Source: a virus
Taxonomy: Duplodnaviria > Caudoviricetes
IMG/VR virus record: IMGVR_UViG_3300021426_000063
Span: 32,001-96,000 of that record
Direction: 5' to 3' (one strand)
DNA length: 64,000 nt
Numbering within the stretch: position 1 is the stretch's first letter; each line of letters opens with the position of its first letter. The notes under the pieces were generated by a model. It ran no database searches. It was not told the DNA's origin and saw only the letters and a program-made list of their open reading frames with translations. The position numbers were made by a program, and so were the translations under genes. Shown here in pieces: positions 18,880-28,034 of this stretch.

Positions 18880-19239
18880 ATGAACTTATTTCAATTAATT
18901 ATCGCTGTTTCAGTTGTTGTTTATGTACTCTCTTCACTGTATTTTGCCATTACCGGAAGAATACTTACTAAAAAGAAAGAACAGAAGGAAGATAAAAGGT
19001 ATGAACAACAACACACTGTTGAAAATCAGATTGATGTCCTCACACAAAGAATTGGAGCAATCACAGCAGAGAATGACAGACTCAATGCAGTTGTGAGAAG
19101 TTGGATGGCCCAGGCAAATGACTACAAAATCAGACTTGACACTGCTCTGAAGGAAAAAGAAGAATGGGAGAAAGAGGCTAATGATTTACAAGAACAGTTA
19201 AAGAAAAAGAAGAAAAATTCAAAGAAAGGGGATGAGTAA
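18880..19239 (+). CDS. membrane-anchored coiled-coil protein
   Basis: N-terminal hydrophobic helix followed by coiled coil; terminator at about 19222-19253. Confidence 0.7.
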   Translation: MNLFQLIIAVSVVVYVLSSLYFAITGRILTKKKEQKEDKRYEQQHTVENQIDVLTQRIGAITAENDRLNAVVRSWMAQANDYKIRLDTALKEKEEWEKEANDLQEQLKKKKKNSKKGDE

Positions 19240-19253
19240 TCATCTCCTTTCTT

Positions 19254-19261
19254 CATAAATA
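19254..19261 (+). promoter_or_regulatory. phage late promoter CATAAATA
   Basis: Octamer upstream of ATG 19281. Confidence 0.7.
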
Positions 19262-19280
19262 TAGTATATGATTTTTGTAT

Positions 19281-20840
19281 ATGAGCACATTAACAACTAA
19301 CATAATAAGGAATGTGTATAATATGGGTACTGGCGCTTGCGATGCTGGTACACAATATTGTACAGATGGTTATTCCCTCTACTTTCCTTGTCTGAAGGAC
19401 ATTACAAAAGGTCAAGGTGTGTGTTTTGACTTCTATGTTGCTGACAACACAACACATGAACCAATTGATTTAAGAAGAGTGGATGCCATCTCATTGAATC
19501 TCAATGGACAGTATAATTGTAATTATGGTACATTCTCTTATCCAGACAACATCTCATCTCTCCAGACAGAAAAGTATCCTGTTGTGTACAGAAATGATTT
19601 TGGTGAAAGGAAACCTTGTCATTTGAGTCTCTTTATGATTGATATTGAAAATAATGATGAATCAGAGACTTATAACACCCAGGAAGGTGATTTCTATTCT
19701 GGAACAGAGGTTGAACTTGGTGCATTTGACACACCAACACATATCTTCTTGGGATGGGCATTAATGAATATGGATGAAGATGATGATTGCCCGGGAGAGA
19801 GTTGGTATGACCAAATCATCAGTACATCCAATATCTACAAATTCACAATCAAGGAAGACACCATCATATTGGCACTTTACAGACCAAGGAGAAAGTATAA
19901 TGTAATATCTGACCCAACTAATAAGTCATCTCATTTTAATGTTGATTATGACCATATTGTCTATCACATTTCCAACAGGGATGAAGAGATTTTCAATGAT
20001 GACTATGATGTACTTGAAGGTGTATTGGAAGGATACAGTATGGTTATCAAGTGTATTCCAAGTACAGATGTGATTGGTGACAGTGTTGATTTCACCTATG
20101 ATTTTGTTGAATGGAAAGACAAGAACACATCCAGATGTAGATTATTGAAGATTGGTTCAGATACACTTCCATTTGAAGATGGAAACATCATAAAACTCAA
20201 AGCAAGATGTGATGGACCTGTACCTTACCATAATATTGAGGATGTTGATATATTCTATAATGATGAGTTTGATGAAGAAGGTATCCATATCCTTACTGAA
20301 CCATCAGAGGTTGATATCTTTGATTTCTATGGTGATGGTGTCCACATCAAAGAGTCAGAAGAGGTTTATCAGAAGTTCATAGATGAAACAGGTTATCTAT
20401 ACTTCCACTTTGGAACACTTGTACTCTCATCAGAAGGAATTGAAGATGGTATCAAGATTATTCTCCATGCAAAGGCAGATGATTACTGTGAATTCAATAT
20501 AACTGTAAATGGTTATACAATGAACCAGGTCATCTCAACAGATGAGTTCAAACAGTATGAGTTCTACTATAACAAATGTGAGAAATCAGACATCACAATA
20601 ACTGTATATGGTGAATGTCTTGTTGATATGATAGAAGTATGTAGAGAAGAGATTATTGATAAAGGAAAAGCACAGTTCTGTCTTGACCCAGAAACAACTA
20701 TCAATCTCCCATCTGGAAAAATATCTGTAGATGGTGCCATTTCAGTTGATGGTAGTTATTATGGTCTTCCATCAACAGAGATTGGTCAGGTGAACAGATT
20801 ACCAAAGATAATTATAAAAACAGATCCAATATATGAATAA
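19281..20840 (+). CDS. late (probably virion) protein with InlB-B-repeat-like beta domains
   Basis: Late promoter; F.GW...YKFTI.ED..I.A.Y and YDFVEW.D repeats; acidic and beta-rich. Confidence 0.55.
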   Translation: MSTLTTNIIRNVYNMGTGACDAGTQYCTDGYSLYFPCLKDITKGQGVCFDFYVADNTTHEPIDLRRVDAISLNLNGQYNCNYGTFSYPDNISSLQTEKYPVVYRNDFGERKPCHLSLFMIDIENNDESETYNTQEGDFYSGTEVELGAFDTPTHIFLGWALMNMDEDDDCPGESWYDQIISTSNIYKFTIKEDTIILALYRPRRKYNVISDPTNKSSHFNVDYDHIVYHISNRDEEIFNDDYDVLEGVLEGYSMVIKCIPSTDVIGDSVDFTYDFVEWKDKNTSRCRLLKIGSDTLPFEDGNIIKLKARCDGPVPYHNIEDVDIFYNDEFDEEGIHILTEPSEVDIFDFYGDGVHIKESEEVYQKFIDETGYLYFHFGTLVLSSEGIEDGIKIILHAKADDYCEFNITVNGYTMNQVISTDEFKQYEFYYNKCEKSDITITVYGECLVDMIEVCREEIIDKGKAQFCLDPETTINLPSGKISVDGAISVDGSYYGLPSTEIGQVNRLPKIIIKTDPIYE

Positions 20841-22128
20841 AATATTAAAAAGAGATGATTTCATCAGTGAGGTGTATACACCAATGATGGAAGAGAAAGA
20901 ATATGAGGAACTTGTCTCAATCAATGAAGGTCTTTTAAAGAACTTATTTGGAATGGTGAAGAATATGTTCAGAGGAGACTGGAATACCATAAAGGGTGAA
21001 CCAGAAATCATCAAAGTATATAAAGAGATTGATGATAGTCTTTCTGGATTCACAATTATGAAATTGAGTAAGAAAGATGTATGTAACAAGGTCCGTCAGG
21101 TACTTGTTGACTTTGCTTGTGATTGGTATGACCTCAAGATGAACAAGGCAAAGGAAAGTGGTAATGACCCAACACCAGCAAGGTCTATGAACTTCAAGAA
21201 TGATACATTAAGAGAAAATCTTGCAGCATGTGAAAAGAAAATTAAGGATATTATTGGTGAAGATGAACAGATGAAAAAATGGTCTAATACACTCATGTCT
21301 GAAATGAAGACTGTTATCAACAGGTCAATCCTTGATGATATTAAGAATGAAGAGACAAAGAAAGAGGTTCAAGAAGATATTGATAATTCTGCAAAGAAGA
21401 GAGATGAAGTAAACAAGGAAATGGTAAAGTGGCAGAAGAATCAACTTGAACAGATTCAGAAAGAAAGAGAGACACTAATTACAAGTTTTGATGCGACTCC
21501 TGAAAAAGGTGATACATCTGGTGATAAGGAAGTTGCTAAACTCTATGCTTTATTTAAAAATGATGATAAAAATAAATTTATTGAAGCAGCATCAAATGAT
21601 AATCTATTAGGATTTAATAGTATTTTTAAGAAAAGTAATGGTTCAAAGGGTATAGATATTGGTGATAAATCATATAATATGCTGAATGGTATATATAAAA
21701 AGATGAATGATGACATTAATATGTTTAAAGAAACCCCAGCACAATCTGTACAGGCAATGTGTATTGCAATCAATAATTTTGTAAAATTGTGTAATTCAAA
21801 GAATATGACTGTTAAACCATTACAACTTGAATTGATGGCAAAATGTGCTATATGTTCAGATGGTACAATAAGTTATAATCTTCCTCTTAATGGAAAAGAA
21901 GGAGATGATGTAGGTAACTATTTCACAGATATTGTTAAAAATATTATTAGTGATAAGATTAAATCATCCAAAAATGAGACAATAGAAGTAACACAAAATT
22001 TCAAAGATAATGCAAATAAGTTATCAAAACAGATTATTGATAAAGCAGAAGAATTGAAGAAAGAAGCAGATGAAAAATATAATAAAGCATTGAAATCATT
22101 GAAATCAGAAAAAGAAAAGGAGAGTTAA
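20833..22128 (+). CDS. putative internal head protein (helical)
   Basis: In late operon; N-terminus ILKRDDFISE...SINE|GLLKNLFG. Confidence 0.6.
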   Translation: MNKILKRDDFISEVYTPMMEEKEYEELVSINEGLLKNLFGMVKNMFRGDWNTIKGEPEIIKVYKEIDDSLSGFTIMKLSKKDVCNKVRQVLVDFACDWYDLKMNKAKESGNDPTPARSMNFKNDTLRENLAACEKKIKDIIGEDEQMKKWSNTLMSEMKTVINRSILDDIKNEETKKEVQEDIDNSAKKRDEVNKEMVKWQKNQLEQIQKERETLITSFDATPEKGDTSGDKEVAKLYALFKNDDKNKFIEAASNDNLLGFNSIFKKSNGSKGIDIGDKSYNMLNGIYKKMNDDINMFKETPAQSVQAMCIAINNFVKLCNSKNMTVKPLQLELMAKCAICSDGTISYNLPLNGKEGDDVGNYFTDIVKNIISDKIKSSKNETIEVTQNFKDNANKLSKQIIDKAEELKKEADEKYNKALKSLKSEKEKES

Positions 22129-22144
22129 TTAACTCTCCTTTTTT
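22115..22144. terminator. bidirectional terminator between convergent genes
   Basis: aaaaggagagttaattaactctcctttt perfect palindrome. Confidence 0.75.
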
Positions 22145-22461
22145 GTTGACCTTCTTGTAGTTTGTGGTGCTTCTACTGTTGGTTGAGGTTGTGGTTGAGG
22201 TTGTGGTTGAGGAATCACACTCTCATAGTTTGTGGTTGCAAGATAAAGTAGATATGCATCCTTCAATGTGTAAACTCCCTTCTTTTGTCCAAGAGCAGCA
22301 ACCTTTGACAAGATTCCAAATGCCTCAACATATGCAGTATTGTTTGCCAAAGCATCAAGTGCCTGTTTAGCATAATATGCTTCATCCAGTGTCAATACAC
22401 CATTCCTCTGGGCAATTTCAGCACCTTGTTTAAGGACATTAATCCTTTCCTGTAGTTCCAT
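22129..22461 (-). CDS. hypothetical protein with internal duplication and PQ repeat
   Basis: AQRNGVLTLDEAY / GQKKGVYTLKDAY repeat; PQPQPQPQ tail; TGTTATATTTA motif upstream. Confidence 0.7.
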   Translation of the reverse strand: MELQERINVLKQGAEIAQRNGVLTLDEAYYAKQALDALANNTAYVEAFGILSKVAALGQKKGVYTLKDAYLLYLATTNYESVIPQPQPQPQPQPTVEAPQTTRRSTKKES

Positions 22462-22502
22462 AATCTTTCAATTCATTATATATCTAAATATAACAAAATA
22501 TC

Positions 22503-22519
22503 CATAAATACTATAAATA
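22503..22519 (+). promoter_or_regulatory. tandem late promoters CATAAATA / TATAAATA
   Basis: 22503-22510 and 22512-22519. Confidence 0.65.
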
Positions 22520-22527
22520 AGAAAATA

Positions 22528-24009
22528 GTGTCTATGATAAATAAAAACACACAACAGACAACACAAATTTCATCTGGTATAAAGTCTGAATCAACAATCT
22601 ATTTAAAGAAGAGTGAACTTCCAAAAGACATAAGTTCATTCAGAAATGATGTTGGTTATATCTCCACATCTGCACTTGGTGTATGGATGAAGGAACATTC
22701 ATATTTAACAAAGAGTGAAATAAACACTCTCATCAAGAATGCTAACCTTGTGGTTGTTGATTCCATCAACAAATCTATGGATGATGATGCCATCAGTAGA
22801 CTCAATGATGATATAACAAACATCAAGGGTGAAATTGTTGCAATCAAAGACAGACTCACTGATCTTGATATAGAGTTCATACCATCAAGTAAAGAGTCAA
22901 AATTTGCAACAAAATCAGAACTCAATACTCTTTCAGGTAGAGTAAGTGAGATTGCCAGACTCATTCCAGATGATATAGATACATCATATTTTGCTACAAA
23001 GGATGAGATTCCTACAAAGGTATCTGATTTGGAGAATGATGCACACTATCTTACTGAACACCAGTCATTGGCCAAGTATGCCAAGAAGTCTGAAATTCCT
23101 GATGTATCTGGATTCATCACAATAGATGATGTTCCTTCAACAGAAGGTCTTGCATCAGAGGAGTGGGTGAACTCCCAGGGATTCCTCAAAGAACATCAAT
23201 CTCTTGTCAAATATGCAAAAAAGTCTGAAATTCCTGATGTATCTAACTTTGTTACAAAAGATGAGATTCCTTCCATAGATGGAATTGCATCAGAGGAGTG
23301 GGTGAACTCCCAGGGATTCCTTAAAGAACACCAGTCTCTTGCTAAATATGCCAAGAAGTCTGAAATTCCTGATGTATCTAACTTTGTTACAAAAGATGAG
23401 ATTCCTTCCATAGATGGAATTGCATCACAAGATTGGGTGAACTCCCAGGGATTCCTTAAAGAACACCAGTCTCTTGCTAAATATGCCAAGAAGTCTGAAA
23501 TCCCATCATTGGATGGATATGCAACACAGACCTGGGTAGAAGAACAAGGATACTTGAAGGAGATTGGTAATGATTATGCCAAGAAATCAGATCTTGATGG
23601 TTTTGTTTCAAAGACATCTCTTTCTGGTACATTGGGAGATTATGCAAAAAAGAACTCTGTTTATAATAAGACACAAATAGATAATACATTCCTTTCAAAA
23701 GAAGATGCATCTGGTATCTATCCTACAAAGGAATATGTTGATGAAACTTATCTTTCAAATCTTGAAGCGGCAAAGAACTACTTGAAAATCGAAGATTATA
23801 GAGGATTGAAGGATGCGACAGTCATCAATACAGATTTCAGGGAGAAAACCCTTGAAGAATTGAGTGATACTCTTGAATCATCTTATTTGAGAAATGGATT
23901 CTACATTGTTCATTACAATGATATAGTTATCATAAAGGACAATAAGATTGTCCAGATGTTTAAAGATGGAGTTCCACAAACAGTTATTGAGTGGGAAGTT
24001 GAAGAATAA
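22528..24009 (+). CDS. fibrous virion protein (tail/whisker fibre-like) with 45-aa repeats
   Basis: IPTKVSDLEND.YL.EHQSL..YAKK repeats typical of phage fibre shafts; late promoter. Confidence 0.7.
   Translation: MSMINKNTQQTTQISSGIKSESTIYLKKSELPKDISSFRNDVGYISTSALGVWMKEHSYLTKSEINTLIKNANLVVVDSINKSMDDDAISRLNDDITNIKGEIVAIKDRLTDLDIEFIPSSKESKFATKSELNTLSGRVSEIARLIPDDIDTSYFATKDEIPTKVSDLENDAHYLTEHQSLAKYAKKSEIPDVSGFITIDDVPSTEGLASEEWVNSQGFLKEHQSLVKYAKKSEIPDVSNFVTKDEIPSIDGIASEEWVNSQGFLKEHQSLAKYAKKSEIPDVSNFVTKDEIPSIDGIASQDWVNSQGFLKEHQSLAKYAKKSEIPSLDGYATQTWVEEQGYLKEIGNDYAKKSDLDGFVSKTSLSGTLGDYAKKNSVYNKTQIDNTFLSKEDASGIYPTKEYVDETYLSNLEAAKNYLKIEDYRGLKDATVINTDFREKTLEELSDTLESSYLRNGFYIVHYNDIVIIKDNKIVQMFKDGVPQTVIEWEVEE
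23056..23504 (+). repeat. 135-bp coding tandem repeat (3 full copies + partial)
   Basis: Units start at 23056, 23191, 23326 and 23461. Confidence 0.9.
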
Positions 24010-24060
24010 TCAAATTTTTTGTTATTTTTATATTTGATTATTTTTAAAGTTTTAGTAGTT

Positions 24061-24549
24061 ATGATTGAGATTGTAGATTTTAGGAAAACATCAGGAGAAA
24101 AAGTCAAAGATCTTGTACAGTATGTACAGAATTATGTACATGAAAACCCTAACATCGATGTTATGATTGGTACTGATTCACAGACCAAGGGGCAGAAGAC
24201 TTATTTCTCCACTGTTGTTGCATTGTATGATCATGGTGATGGTGTTCATGGTCATGGTGCTCACTGTATCTTTAAGAGATGGTCAACACCAAAGTACAAG
24301 AAAGAACAGAGGTTTGATAGACTACTTAAAGAAACAGAAGAAAGTATCAAGGTTGCAAAGGATTTGAGGAATTGTGGTATCAAGATTAAGTTTATTGATA
24401 TTGACATCAATCCAGATCCAAAATATAAATCAAATGAGGCATTTGATGCTTCTTATGGTTGGATAACTGGAGAAGGATTTGAGTGTAGATGGAAAACACT
24501 TGGAGCACTTATCACATCATTTGCTGACTGGTTGGTAAAAAGAAAATAA
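24061..24549 (+). CDS. RNase H-like YkuK (DUF458) family protein
   Basis: IGTDSQ...RL..E...S...IDIDIN..Y.SN...AD pattern; start at ATG 24061. Confidence 0.75.
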   Translation: MIEIVDFRKTSGEKVKDLVQYVQNYVHENPNIDVMIGTDSQTKGQKTYFSTVVALYDHGDGVHGHGAHCIFKRWSTPKYKKEQRFDRLLKETEESIKVAKDLRNCGIKIKFIDIDINPDPKYKSNEAFDASYGWITGEGFECRWKTLGALITSFADWLVKRK

Positions 24550-24572
24550 CACAAAATAAACAACATAACAAT

Positions 24573-24776
24573 ATGAAGAGTTTTAAAAAAGATTTGGAAA
24601 CCTTTGAATATGATTCAAGGAATCTACCATCAGAACACAAATGGGATCATCTTGCTTCTGAGGAAGAAACAAAGAAATTCTATGAGGCAAAGGAAAGGAT
24701 TAACTTTTCAAGAGTAAAAAGAAATAGAGTTCAGTCTGACCCAGAGACAACAGGTCAACATGGTACAATGATCTAA
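24573..24776 (+). CDS. hypothetical protein
   Basis: Short ORF followed by a hairpin at about 24776-24805. Confidence 0.55.
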   Translation: MKSFKKDLETFEYDSRNLPSEHKWDHLASEEETKKFYEAKERINFSRVKRNRVQSDPETTGQHGTMI

Positions 24777-24805
24777 AAGAGAGAGGTATTACCTTTCTCT
24801 TTTTT

Positions 24806-24824
24806 CATAAATACATTATAAATA
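24806..24824 (+). promoter_or_regulatory. tandem late promoters CATAAATA / TATAAATA
   Basis: 24806-24813 and 24817-24824. Confidence 0.65.
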
Positions 24825-24839
24825 ATAAAACATAACAGA

Positions 24840-26369
24840 ATGAAAACATTTAATAATTTCGAGCTCACAAACAAGCAGAAAGAATACTTGAAAAAAATAA
24901 ATGCAAAGAAGTTCATCAAGAAATACATTGAAGAAAATGGTGTTGAACCAAGTGCTGAACTTATAGAACAAAATCATACTTACACACAGGAACAGTATGA
25001 TAAATGTAAGAAATATTTGTATGCTTGTGCTGTTGTAGATTATGTTTCAGTTGTTCCTGAAAAACCAGTAGAAACTGAAAATACAATAAGCCAGGATCAG
25101 ACTGCATCTGCAATTTCTGATGCAATTGATGGTGGAGCCAACTCATACACAGTCAATGAAGGTGAAACTATCAATAATATTACTGTTCCTGCATCTGCAC
25201 AAAAAACAATAACTCTTAATGGTCCAGTCCAGGATGGTGCAACCATTATCAATGAAAGTTCAAAGGGTTTAACTATCAACAACACCAATGAGGATCCTAT
25301 TAACATCAGTGTATCCAATGCAAGTGCTTCAACAACAGTCACACTCAAAGGTGGTGAATACAATGACATCTATGCAGAAACCAATAAACTCACTGCCGGC
25401 ACAGTCAATGGTACAATATCACTTGTACCTGTTAATGATAACAGTTCAATGAATGTTGGTGCTGGATGGGAAGATGGTTCAAGTCTTGTGTCTGATGCTG
25501 CTGGTTCAATCACTATTTCCAACAGTAATTCAGCAAATGAACCTTCTGTAAATATCAATACACCTAATGCAACTGTTGTAATGTCAGGTGGTCAGTATAA
25601 TGAATTGACAGTTACCTGTTCAGAGAACACCTTGAAGATTTCTGGTGCATTCCATGCAAAGAAACTCATCATAAAGAATGGTACAGTTGAATTTGCTGCT
25701 GCTGACATTCATGACCTTGTTGATGAATTGGTCACTGAAGGAGAAGTTACACCTGTTACCTATGAAATCTCCAACTCTTCAATCTCTGGTCTCTCAAAGA
25801 ATGGTGTTTCAAATTTGGTAGAAGATGTTGTAAGTACAAGTAGAGTTGCATTTGGTATCTTTGCAAATGGTAGTTACAGATACAATATGAATGGTCACTC
25901 ACTTTCTTTGAAGGGTGGTAATTCAGCAGCAATGTTTTTCAGGGGTACTGACCCTACCATTAACATCTATGGTCCTGGTAAGATTGTTGAATCAAGTGGA
26001 ACATATGGTATTTGGGCAGCTTCTGAAGGTACAACAATTAATATCTATGACTGTGATGTTGAGGCATACACACATGTCTTGTATGCTGAAAAGGGTGTAA
26101 TCAATGTATATGGTGGTTCATTCAAGATGCTTGATGAAAATCCTATCCTTGATGAAAAGGGACACTGCAAATTCTTACTCAACTGTCAGGATGCAAACTA
26201 CAATTCAGGAATAGCGAAAATCAATGTATATGGTGGTAAGTTCTATAACTTCAACCCTGCTGAAACATACGGTGAACCAGGTGGTCCTGTAAGTTATGTA
26301 CCAGAAGGATACCATGTAGTTGAATCAGTTGAAGATGGTGTTTCTGTATTTGAAGTAGTTGCTGACTAA
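24840..26369 (+). CDS. beta-helix/beta-rich virion surface protein
   Basis: Late promoter; TINIYG/INVYGG repeats; terminator at 26386-26418. Confidence 0.6.
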   Translation: MKTFNNFELTNKQKEYLKKINAKKFIKKYIEENGVEPSAELIEQNHTYTQEQYDKCKKYLYACAVVDYVSVVPEKPVETENTISQDQTASAISDAIDGGANSYTVNEGETINNITVPASAQKTITLNGPVQDGATIINESSKGLTINNTNEDPINISVSNASASTTVTLKGGEYNDIYAETNKLTAGTVNGTISLVPVNDNSSMNVGAGWEDGSSLVSDAAGSITISNSNSANEPSVNINTPNATVVMSGGQYNELTVTCSENTLKISGAFHAKKLIIKNGTVEFAAADIHDLVDELVTEGEVTPVTYEISNSSISGLSKNGVSNLVEDVVSTSRVAFGIFANGSYRYNMNGHSLSLKGGNSAAMFFRGTDPTINIYGPGKIVESSGTYGIWAASEGTTINIYDCDVEAYTHVLYAEKGVINVYGGSFKMLDENPILDEKGHCKFLLNCQDANYNSGIAKINVYGGKFYNFNPAETYGEPGGPVSYVPEGYHVVESVEDGVSVFEVVAD

Positions 26370-26400
26370 TTAAAGTAAAATAAAACAAAAAGGAGAGTGA

Positions 26401-26625
26401 TTATTCACTCTCCTTTTTTAATATATCTATACATAATGGATAACTCTCATCTACTGGTTGTCTTAAAAACCTGTCCAGTTGTTCCTTGGTGTCAAACCTC
26501 CTGGATCTCCTGTTACAGAAATACATCCTGAAAGGGAGATTATTATAGAACAATGAATCATCATCTACAATGCTCCACCATTCATTTAATCTTAATCTAT
26601 ATGTTTTAACGACTTTTTCTTTCAT
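26401..26625 (-). CDS. hypothetical protein
   Basis: Overlaps the exonuclease stop; ends in the terminator. Confidence 0.5.
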   Translation of the reverse strand: MKEKVVKTYRLRLNEWWSIVDDDSLFYNNLPFRMYFCNRRSRRFDTKEQLDRFLRQPVDESYPLCIDILKKESE

Positions 26626-27364
26626 AAATCAACTTTGCATAATGCCTGGTATCGACAGGGAAGGTCTCATTCTCCATCATCCATTTGAAGTAAGATGCAT
26701 CTACCTTGTCAATACTGTATCCCTTCCACTTACCAAAATCAACATATACATCCTTGGCACCATTCTCCAGAAGTCTCACCTTGAAGTTTCCAGGTAAATC
26801 CAGTCTATCTGCAAAGTAATTGAGATCTACATCCTCAAACTCCTCCTGGCGACTTCTCATCACCTTATATACCTCTAATGTGGCATCAATATCTGCTGCT
26901 GCATGATGAGCATCATTGAGGTCTTTCCCAGTGTATTTCTTATACACATCTGCCAACTTACCAGAATTGAACTTCCTGTAAAGAGTATAGATGTCATAAT
27001 TCTTCAAGTTCTTGTAATCCCAAGTCAATCCTGCTCTAATGAATGAGTAATACAGGATAGGAATATCAAAGACAGAGCAGTAATAACCACCAACATCACA
27101 ACCCTGGAAGAAATCAAAGGTTGCTTTTGCACATTCCTGGAAGGTAGGACATCCAGCAAGATCTGCTTCTACCATTCCATGCCTTTCTGTTGCATCATGG
27201 TCAATAGGAACACCATCATTACTACACTTGTAATACAACTCATCAATCTTCTCCAAGGTTTCAGGATCCACCTTGATAGCAGAGATTTCAATGATTCTCA
27301 CATTATCTGGATTGGAATGTTTTCCGGTTGTTTCCAGATCAAAAAATACAATTGGTTTACTCAT
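26606..27364 (-). CDS. DEDDh 3'-5' exonuclease (DnaQ/ExoX-like)
   Basis: FDLETTG, HG, FDI, DIY, HHAAAD; C-terminal FGKWKG...YFKW domain. Confidence 0.88.
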   Translation of the reverse strand: MSKPIVFFDLETTGKHSNPDNVRIIEISAIKVDPETLEKIDELYYKCSNDGVPIDHDATERHGMVEADLAGCPTFQECAKATFDFFQGCDVGGYYCSVFDIPILYYSFIRAGLTWDYKNLKNYDIYTLYRKFNSGKLADVYKKYTGKDLNDAHHAAADIDATLEVYKVMRSRQEEFEDVDLNYFADRLDLPGNFKVRLLENGAKDVYVDFGKWKGYSIDKVDASYFKWMMENETFPVDTRHYAKLIYERKSR

Positions 27365-27370
27365 ATATAA

Positions 27371-27943
27371 CTAATCTAAATATTCAATGTTTATATGTAC
27401 TATTCCCCTCTTATACTCAATCTCATCCCTTACCATTTTCTTCTTCATCTTTTCAAAATCATCCATATCAACATATGGTGAACCACAATTAGAAGTATTT
27501 GGGAATAAATCATACTTCTCTTCAAAGGCCTTGACTAAATCATGTGATGCATGCTCATAGTAGAAACCTATGAGTTTCAGGTCATTCTTCAACTCTTTAA
27601 CCACTTCTGGATTCATATCTTTCAGATACACATAATCTTTATATGAAATATCATATATACCCTCAAATTGTCTGTTTGACAGATTATATTTATATAATGA
27701 AGAATCCTTTGAAGGATTAAAGGTAAACAAATGTTTCTTATTAAGTCTATTCACACACTCATGTGTCCTGACATACTCTTCCTTTCCACCAAATTTTTCA
27801 TACACATCCTTATCTGGAATGTCTAACATAAATTTCTGGGCAGATTTCTTGTTTGAAAATCCAAACTCTGTTTTACCCATATACTTTCCATTGTAAAAAG
27901 GAAATATCCTCTCTTCATTGTTCTTTATCTGATCATAATTCAT
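27371..27943 (-). CDS. hypothetical protein
   Basis: ORF behind a TGTTATCTTTA motif (about 27969-27979). Confidence 0.7.
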   Translation of the reverse strand: MNYDQIKNNEERIFPFYNGKYMGKTEFGFSNKKSAQKFMLDIPDKDVYEKFGGKEEYVRTHECVNRLNKKHLFTFNPSKDSSLYKYNLSNRQFEGIYDISYKDYVYLKDMNPEVVKELKNDLKLIGFYYEHASHDLVKAFEEKYDLFPNTSNCGSPYVDMDDFEKMKKKMVRDEIEYKRGIVHINIEYLD

Positions 27944-27978
27944 ATCTATACAACATTAGTTATCACTATAAAGATAAC

Positions 27979-28010
27979 AAAAAAAGAGAGAATCCCGAAA
28001 GATTCTCTCT
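27979..28010 (-). terminator. terminator of major capsid gene with UUCG loop
   Basis: AGAGAGAATCT-TTCG-GGATTCTCTCT-TTTTTT on the reverse strand. Confidence 0.8.
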
Positions 28011-28034
28011 AATTTTTTGACTATTACTCAACTA

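Noticed and set aside
23056-23504. Repeats as a CRISPR array
   Set aside because: In-frame 135-bp coding units with no unique spacers and no cas genes.
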